Assembly (NCBI RefSeq): GCF_009914755.1
Contig: NC_060925.1
Source: the human T2T-CHM13v2.0 reference genome, Homo sapiens
Strand: one strand, 5' to 3'
Length of the DNA stretch: 64,000 nucleotides
Shown here: positions 57,345 to 64,000 of the stretch, piece by piece
How the letters are laid out: every line of letters begins with the position of its first letter
Numbering within the stretch: position 1 is the stretch's first letter
Translations under genes and position numbers: made by a program
Notes under the pieces: model-generated
Told to the model about the DNA's origin: nothing
Database searches by the model: none
What the model saw: the letters and a program-made list of their open reading frames with translations, nothing else

Positions 57345-58742
57345 GTTTGCTTGTTTCATTCTTTTCCTTCTGTAGTAAGTTAAGGTGGTTTTGGATATTC
57401 ACTGTTGAATATAATCTATTTTTGTACGTTGTCTGGTTAATTGTGTGGATTAGAATTGAATTGTTAAAAGATAACGTTAATTTGCACAAGAATAATTATT
57501 GATTTGTGCAGTTTCCATGGTTTTCACATGAGTGAATTTTAGCTGTGTAAGAAGTTCAGCGTAAATCTTTTTGACATGCTAGACATTTAAGATGCTCATT
57601 TGAATCTGAAAGGCAAAAGTCATGACCACAATTGCTGGTTTGTCCCTAGTTGATGTAAAAGCCAGCCAAAGGTGGTGATTTTTTTTTTCACCTTGGTATT
57701 GTTAGAGGCAGTTACTATTTCTTTAATGGGTCAGGTTAGATACTTAAGCTTTGAGTCCCAGAATTAGATTGTATTGCATCTACATCCACATTTCACTTAA
57801 GCCTTGAAAACTGCCAGCTTTCCTAGGAGTCCTAGTGAAATTTAAGGGCTTATCGTAAGGTCGAAAAGGAACAGCCTTGGTCTTTGTATGTGGGGGTGTA
57901 CTTTTTTCCTGTTAAATGTATAAAACAATATAAAGGGAGGTCATTTTAACAGTATGTTTCTCAGCCTGCTTGCTGTTCTTCCTGAGAGCATTCCAGGGTG
58001 TAGTAATTATTACTCCCAGGAAGGCTCATATGGATTAGACTTTTCTGGGGAGCGATGTATTTTTATTAGAACGGAGGGGAGGTTGTAATGGAAACCTTTT
58101 TGAATGATTCCGTTTGCTGTCCGTACTTATGAAATAAATTATCCAAATACATTAAAAATATTTTTCTCGAAAATCAAAGTGTTCTCCATTGGATGCATCT
58201 AGCGACCCTGAAATAATTAATATTAATACAAAATTTTGTCACTGATCAAAATGATATTTAGAGCATGGTTCCCCCTTCCTCCCACTGTTTTGTTCAATCC
58301 TGAATTCTCAGATATTTCTGGTGTCAGCCTTTTTAAAACCGTCAGGTTGCAAAGGAGTGATACATTTGTTGATGATTTGTTTTCTTTCATATTTTGTCTT
58401 TCTGAACGCATTGGGCTTGGTAGCACTTGGTGACTTTAAGAACAATGAGATACCGAAGTGTGCCTGAAGCTCATCGTTGCAGACATTTTTTGTTATCAGT
58501 ATCTTATCATAGATTTCTGATACAAAGCAGTGAAGAATTCAGGAAAAGACAATGTGGGAGGCACAGACAGTTGGGGGAGCCAGGACAGCATTGCTCTTTG
58601 TATGTCCTTTTATTTAAAGGCATAACAGACAGCAACACCAGAGGTCTGTGTTCATACACACATGTGCTGCTGCTTAGGCTGAACTAAGCAATCACATGGG
58701 AAACTATTGTAAACTGATTTCTGGTGTCGCTGTTCCCCCTAG

Positions 58743-58879
58743 GTGGAGGAGAATGAGATTGAGTGCTGACTTTAAGCCTGGCTGAGAAACATACTGGCAT
58801 CGATGTCATTAATGAAAGGGTGGATGTTGTTCCCCTGAAAGCCAGTGGCCTTTGACCCCTGAAGCCGCTGTGCCTGAAG
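58743..58879 (+). other. DHX9: DHX9 candidate poison cassette exon (probable 'exon 6A')
   Basis: Branch-point-like CTGAT (A58717), AG-free pyrimidine-rich tract, cctag|G acceptor, AAG|gtcagt donor; 137 nt; in-frame TGA at 58783-58785 when joined to exon 6. Weaker alternative donor GAG|gtatag after 58894. Confidence 0.72.
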
Positions 58880-59697
58880 GTCAGTTCACACGAGGTATAG
58901 GAAGGAGTCTAACATTTATTTTTTTCTTAAGCCTCACCTAGCCTTTTATTCACACCACCAAGTCTAGGTTAGAATGTATCTGAGCAGTGAAAGGACCAGA
59001 ATGCATAGTTATCAAAGGGCAGTTTTTCCCTTGCTAAAACCTAAATTCATTTTTTAGACTCTGCTAGCAGTTTTAGATATAATGTTACAACATGTGTTTT
59101 GTTCTCCAGGACCTGATTTAAATAAATGTGATAAAAATAGGCTAAGTTTTTTGTCATCCAGGGCTGCTTCCAACTGCAGGCAGATGTGAGAACTCTGCCT
59201 CAGGAGCCACTGATATGCACAAAGTGTATGTGCATGTGTGAGTTTGCGTATATTAGCTTAATAGATCGCAGTCATTAATGGGTGGCCTATGCAAAGGAAT
59301 CTTAAAATAATTATAACCGTAATGTAAAACATTTGGGGCCTACTTTATTTCTTGGCTCCAAGCTAAGTGGAAAATTCCTTTTCATTGAATGTGTTCTAGC
59401 TCTTGAGACTCCAGCCTTTGGAATAAGAGTAAGTAAATATAAAATCTAATACCCTAACGTTTTCCTTTCATGAACAATTGGCTCATCAACTTTGATTATA
59501 GTTGTCTTATGCCATGTTGTATATTATTTGAAGTTTATATACTTCATTTGTTCTAGGGTTGGGCAGAAATAAATGTTGGTAATTTTTTTTTTCTGTGATT
59601 TGCCTAAGCAGTTGGAAAGCCTGCCTGACTTGGGAGACCTGGATTTGCTGGTTTCTAACAGTGAAATTTCTAACCTTGCTTGTATATGTTGTTACAG

Positions 59698-59744
59698 GAG
59701 CTTTATTGCAGAAATGACCATTTATATCAAGCAGCTGGGCAGAA
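59698..59744 (+). CDS. DHX9: DHX9 exon 7 (RSFIAEMTIYIKQLGR), dsRBD2
   Basis: ttacag|G and A|gtaagt; 47 nt. Confidence 0.96.
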
Positions 59745-59986
59745 GTAAGTGTTACTGTTTCCCCAATATTCCAAGTCTCTGTATAGAGAAGGAATCTTCA
59801 CATTTTAAGTCTTGAGTCACGTATACAGAAGCTGTATTATTTGAAAGAGCACATAATGTAAGATAGCATCTAGGGTATATTTTAGAATATTAGTAATTAT
59901 ATAAATTAGAGGCAAAGTCTCCCAGTTTGCATGTGAAAACAGACCATGTTAGTGTAATCTTTCAAAGGTAAGACACAGTGGGATGA

Positions 59987-60312
<326 letters not shown>

Positions 60313-60575
60313 TTAAACATTTTTTCATTTTTATATATACAATGAGTTATTTTGAGTGGATGGATAATACTAAGGGAGAGAGGATAAAGGCAGGCTAACT
60401 TCTGTCAGCTCACTTACCTTATCGAGGTTAATTTGGCTAGTTAGGCAGAAAGATACCTTTGTACCCCTTTGCTTTATATTCATCTCTCCTAAGGATGAAT
60501 GATACAGGAGGAGAGGAAACTTTCTGTTAATATTTTCTATAAGGATATGAGTAACTTAGCTTTAGTTTAATGCTA

Positions 60576-60887
60576 AGGTCAGCAAACTATAGCCCTCTGG
60601 CCAGATCCAGCGTACTGCCTGTTTTTATAAGAACTGTTTTATTGTAACATAGCTACACTCACATTTTAGACTTTACAGGTCACACATTGTTATTCTCATT
60701 TTATTTTTACAACTCTTGAAAAACGTAAAGCCATTCCCAGTCCTATGGTTTATCAAACTCTGTTGTCAGTGACTGCTTTCACACATTAAAGGCAGAGTTG
60801 AGTAGTTGTGACAAGATACTATATGGCCTGCAAAGCCTAAAATATTTATTAATTGACCGTTTATAGAAAAAGTTTCCCAAATCCTGG
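60576..60887. mobile_element. MER58-like hAT-Charlie element
   Basis: ggtcagcaaactat...ggcagagttgagtagttgtgaca...gcaaagcctaaaatattta...gaaaaagttt. Confidence 0.75.
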
Positions 60888-61269
60888 TCTAGGTAACCAC
60901 TCTGGACCCAATTACTTTTACTGGTTTATTTTTTACTCTTTGTCTTTTCAAACTATGTTTTCTTCCCCATTTTAATGTCTGATATTAACAGTGACAACTT
61001 TGTTGAAATAGGTTATTTGCTTTCATAATATTGATTTGTATGAGTCCTAGTATCAGCCAGTAATCAAAACTGTTGGTTATTTAGTTGATAAGCTGTTTGG
61101 CAATTTCTTTTGTTTAGCAGATATTAATAGAATAAAAAGGAACTAGAAGCCATGGCATACCCTGTATTTTAGGGCTTCTTGTGTACGTAAGCCCATAGTT
61201 TCTTGTGATAAGATGTTTCTTTACTCAGATGATTTCTTTCTGTCTGATAATCCTGACCTTACATTATAG

Positions 61270-61406
61270 GGATTTTTGCACGAGAACATGGATCAAATAA
61301 GAAATTGGCAGCACAGTCCTGTGCCCTGTCACTTGTCAGACAACTGTACCATCTTGGAGTGGTTGAAGCTTACTCCGGACTTACAAAGAAGAAGGAAGGA
61401 GAGACA
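61270..61406 (+). CDS. DHX9: DHX9 exon 8 ([30 protein letters not shown]...KEGET), end of dsRBD2
   Basis: tatag|GG and ACA|gtgagt; 137 nt; KKxA dsRBD motif. Confidence 0.96.
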
Positions 61407-61716
61407 GTGAGTCTTTAGATTTAATAGACTTGTGAGATAGTGTGAGATTCAATTTAGCTCTTGTTTAGTGTTTGGCTGAAGAAGTTTAATTTTAAGAATC
61501 TTACCTCAGGAAATGAAAATGGCCCTGCTAATCATCTCTGTGTCTGGCATGATGTTCATAATAGGCAGTGAGTAAATAATCATTGAAGTAATTCTCTCAC
61601 AAAAGGGAACTGACTATTGGTTTAGGAATATTGTAGACCTAGTGTTGACTGTATAGTCTTAGCCCCATTATAGTAGATTTGAGTAGTGTTGTTAATGTGT
61701 GATCCTTTTTCCATAG

Positions 61717-61806
61717 GTGGAGCCTTACAAAGTAAACCTCTCTCAAGATTTAGAGCATCAGCTGCAAAACATCATTCAAGAGCTAAATCTTGAGATTTTG
61801 CCCCCG
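61717..61806 (+). CDS. DHX9: DHX9 exon 9 (VEPYKVNLSQDLEHQLQNIIQELNLEILPP)
   Basis: ccatag|GTG and CCG|gtaagc; 90 nt. Confidence 0.96.
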
Positions 61807-61898
61807 GTAAGCATAAAGCTGTTTAGTTCACATTTACGTAGAACTCTCCGTAGACAAGCAAATCATATTTTTTGTTTGTTTTTCTTATTTTTTAATAG

Positions 61899-62060
61899 CC
61901 TGAAGATCCTTCTGTGCCAGTTGCACTCAACATTGGCAAATTGGCTCAGTTCGAACCATCTCAGCGACAAAACCAAGTGGGTGTGGTTCCTTGGTCACCT
62001 CCACAATCCAACTGGAATCCTTGGACTAGTAGCAACATTGATGAGGGGCCTCTGGCTTTT
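61899..62060 (+). CDS. DHX9: DHX9 exon 10 (PEDPSVPV...[25 protein letters not shown]), MTAD start
   Basis: aatag|CCT and TTT|gtgagt; 162 nt; W332/W339/W342 of the minimal transactivation domain by codon count. Confidence 0.96.
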
Positions 62061-62205
62061 GTGAGTGCAATATTGTTTTTGAGATCAGAGTCTTGTGTTT
62101 TACTCTTGAGACTATATTTGATTAGTATGTCTAGGTAAAAAATGGATTTATTTTGAAGCTGAATTATGTGCTTTTGTTTGACTATGTTGGCTTTTTGTTT
62201 TACAG

Positions 62206-62283
62206 GCTACTCCAGAGCAAATAAGCATGGACCTCAAGAATGAATTGATGTACCAGTTGGAACAGGATCATGATTTGCAAGCA
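62206..62283 (+). CDS. DHX9: DHX9 exon 11 (ATPEQISMDLKNELMYQLEQDHDLQA)
   Basis: ttttacag|GCT and GCA|gtaagt; 78 nt. Confidence 0.96.
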
Positions 62284-62760
62284 GTAAGTCTGAATTATTT
62301 AGACAAGTAGTGCTCAGAGCTTCAGAATGTTCTAGGTATGGGTAAAAAGTCAATGAGCAGTACATTTTGCCCTTTTAAGGAGGGCATATCAAAAGATATG
62401 TACCAAACTGCTAATCCTAGTTACCCCTGAAGTTAGTTGCTATGAGTTGAGGGCCTGTGAGAGAATTTCACTTCTTAATGTAATTTAATAAAAGTGGAGA
62501 GATTTAAGGCAGTGACTCCTTTTGTTGTTGGTTTTTTTGTTTGTTTTAGTGTTTTCCAAATAAAAAATTAAAATGTTAAAAAGAATGCGTGTGCGACTTT
62601 CAGGGACAATGAGAATTTAGTTTTTGGACAACATCAAAAGATACATTCTTCAGAAGTGTAGTGAAAAGAAGTAGTTCTATTAGAGATATAAATATACACA
62701 TTCTTTTTTGAAAAAAACATTTTCATCACTAAGCCAATGGAAATGAGTAAGTTTTTATAG

Positions 62761-63111
<351 letters not shown>

Positions 63112-63158
63112 TAATGTGTTGGTAGACATTTGACTGAAGTGTGACTTTTCTAATGCAG

Positions 63159-63350
63159 ATCTTGCAGGAGAGAGAGTTACTGCCTGTGAAGAAATTTGAA
63201 AGTGAGATTCTGGAAGCAATCAGCCAAAATTCAGTTGTCATTATTAGAGGGGCTACTGGATGTGGGAAAACCACACAGGTTCCCCAGTTCATTCTAGATG
63301 ACTTTATCCAGAATGACCGAGCAGCAGAGTGTAACATCGTAGTAACTCAG
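63159..63350 (+). CDS. DHX9: DHX9 exon 12 (ILQERELLPV...GATGCGKTTQVPQFIL...NIVVTQ), helicase motif I
   Basis: atgcag|ATC and CAG|gtaagt; 192 nt; DEAH/RHA Walker A GATGCGKT with K417 by codon count. Gene continues beyond the window. Confidence 0.97.
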
Positions 63351-64000
63351 GTAAGTGGTAAACCAACCATGAAATACCTAGAGAGCAGACTATTTCTGAT
63401 TCTTTCTTTGATTAACTAATTTTTGTAATTATTTAAGATTGAGAGAGCATTGTGCCCTTGAAATTAAATTTAAAAAAAGAAAACATAAAAACAACGTAGT
63501 CTTTTTCTAATCTCTAGTATGCTACACTAATAAGCTAAACTGGACTATGTGAGGGATTCTTTTTATCTGGGCTAAAGAGTCTCTGGGCCTAGAATCAGAC
63601 TGTCGAGATTAAGAATTCTTTGTCCTAAAGTTCATCCAAATCTTGGTCATCTCTATCTAACCACCTTGATATTGAGTAAAAACCAGTCAGACAGGTAATG
63701 GTTAACTTTCACTGTATGCCATGTTCTATTCTAAGCAGTAGCTTTTTAGAAAAAACTCAATCGAAGTTCATAATGACCCTAAGATGTAAGTACTATTTCA
63801 CATAGTATTTCTCTTTCAGTAAATTAAGGCATAAAGAAGGTAAAATGCCCAAGGTTAACACAGAAAGTGGTAGAACTAGGATTAAAAAACCAAGCAATCC
63901 GCCTTTTAGGATTCTTCCTTTTAACTAACACTGTATTACCTTACCAGCAATGAGCAGCGCCTGCATGTTTGTCCCAGTACTTAGGGAAGAACTGATTAGC

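Noticed and set aside
57963-58060. Two adjacent hairpins resembling an H/ACA RNA
   Set aside because: No ANANNA hinge and no ACA box after the second hairpin.
58368-58407. Box C-like TGATGA and box D CTGA with short terminal stem
   Set aside because: Only ~37 nt apart, too short for a C/D snoRNA, and no C'/D' boxes.
59090-59190. Extra acceptor-like sites in intron 6 (ttctccag, catccag)
   Set aside because: No convincing paired donor; cannot support an exon.

Overview
Human genomic DNA; the gene order NPL then DHX9 matches what I recall for chr1q25.3. Both genes are on the + strand. 1) NPL (N-acetylneuraminate pyruvate lyase): 10 of 11 coding exons lie at 6862-32072 (first coding exon is upstream of the window) and splice into one continuous frame; the 3' UTR runs to about 33.5 kb. 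The sequence also supports an alternative in-frame first exon (9523-9695) and an alternative terminal acceptor (32767). 2) A roughly 9 kb repeat-rich intergenic spacer, then a CpG-island promoter. 3) DHX9 (RNA helicase A) exons 1-12 at about 42510-63350, covering dsRBD1, dsRBD2, MTAD and the Walker A motif; the gene continues past the window. Most ORF-track entries are Alu, LTR or chance frames. The most notable observation is in DHX9 intron 6 (57345-59697), where I see no transposon. It holds a stop-containing cassette exon (58743-58879, probably the reported 'exon 6A' poison exon) inside a dense set of colinear complementary segments found by hand. One helix (18 of 19 positions paired) masks the exon's predicted branch point and polypyrimidine tract, another pairs its 5' splice site, and a ~340-nt multibranch domain lies just upstream. 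I infer, but cannot prove, that this is an RNA-structure switch letting DHX9 helicase activity set its own NMD-coupled splicing. No folding, alignment or database search was run; repeat subfamily names and repeat boundaries are approximate.
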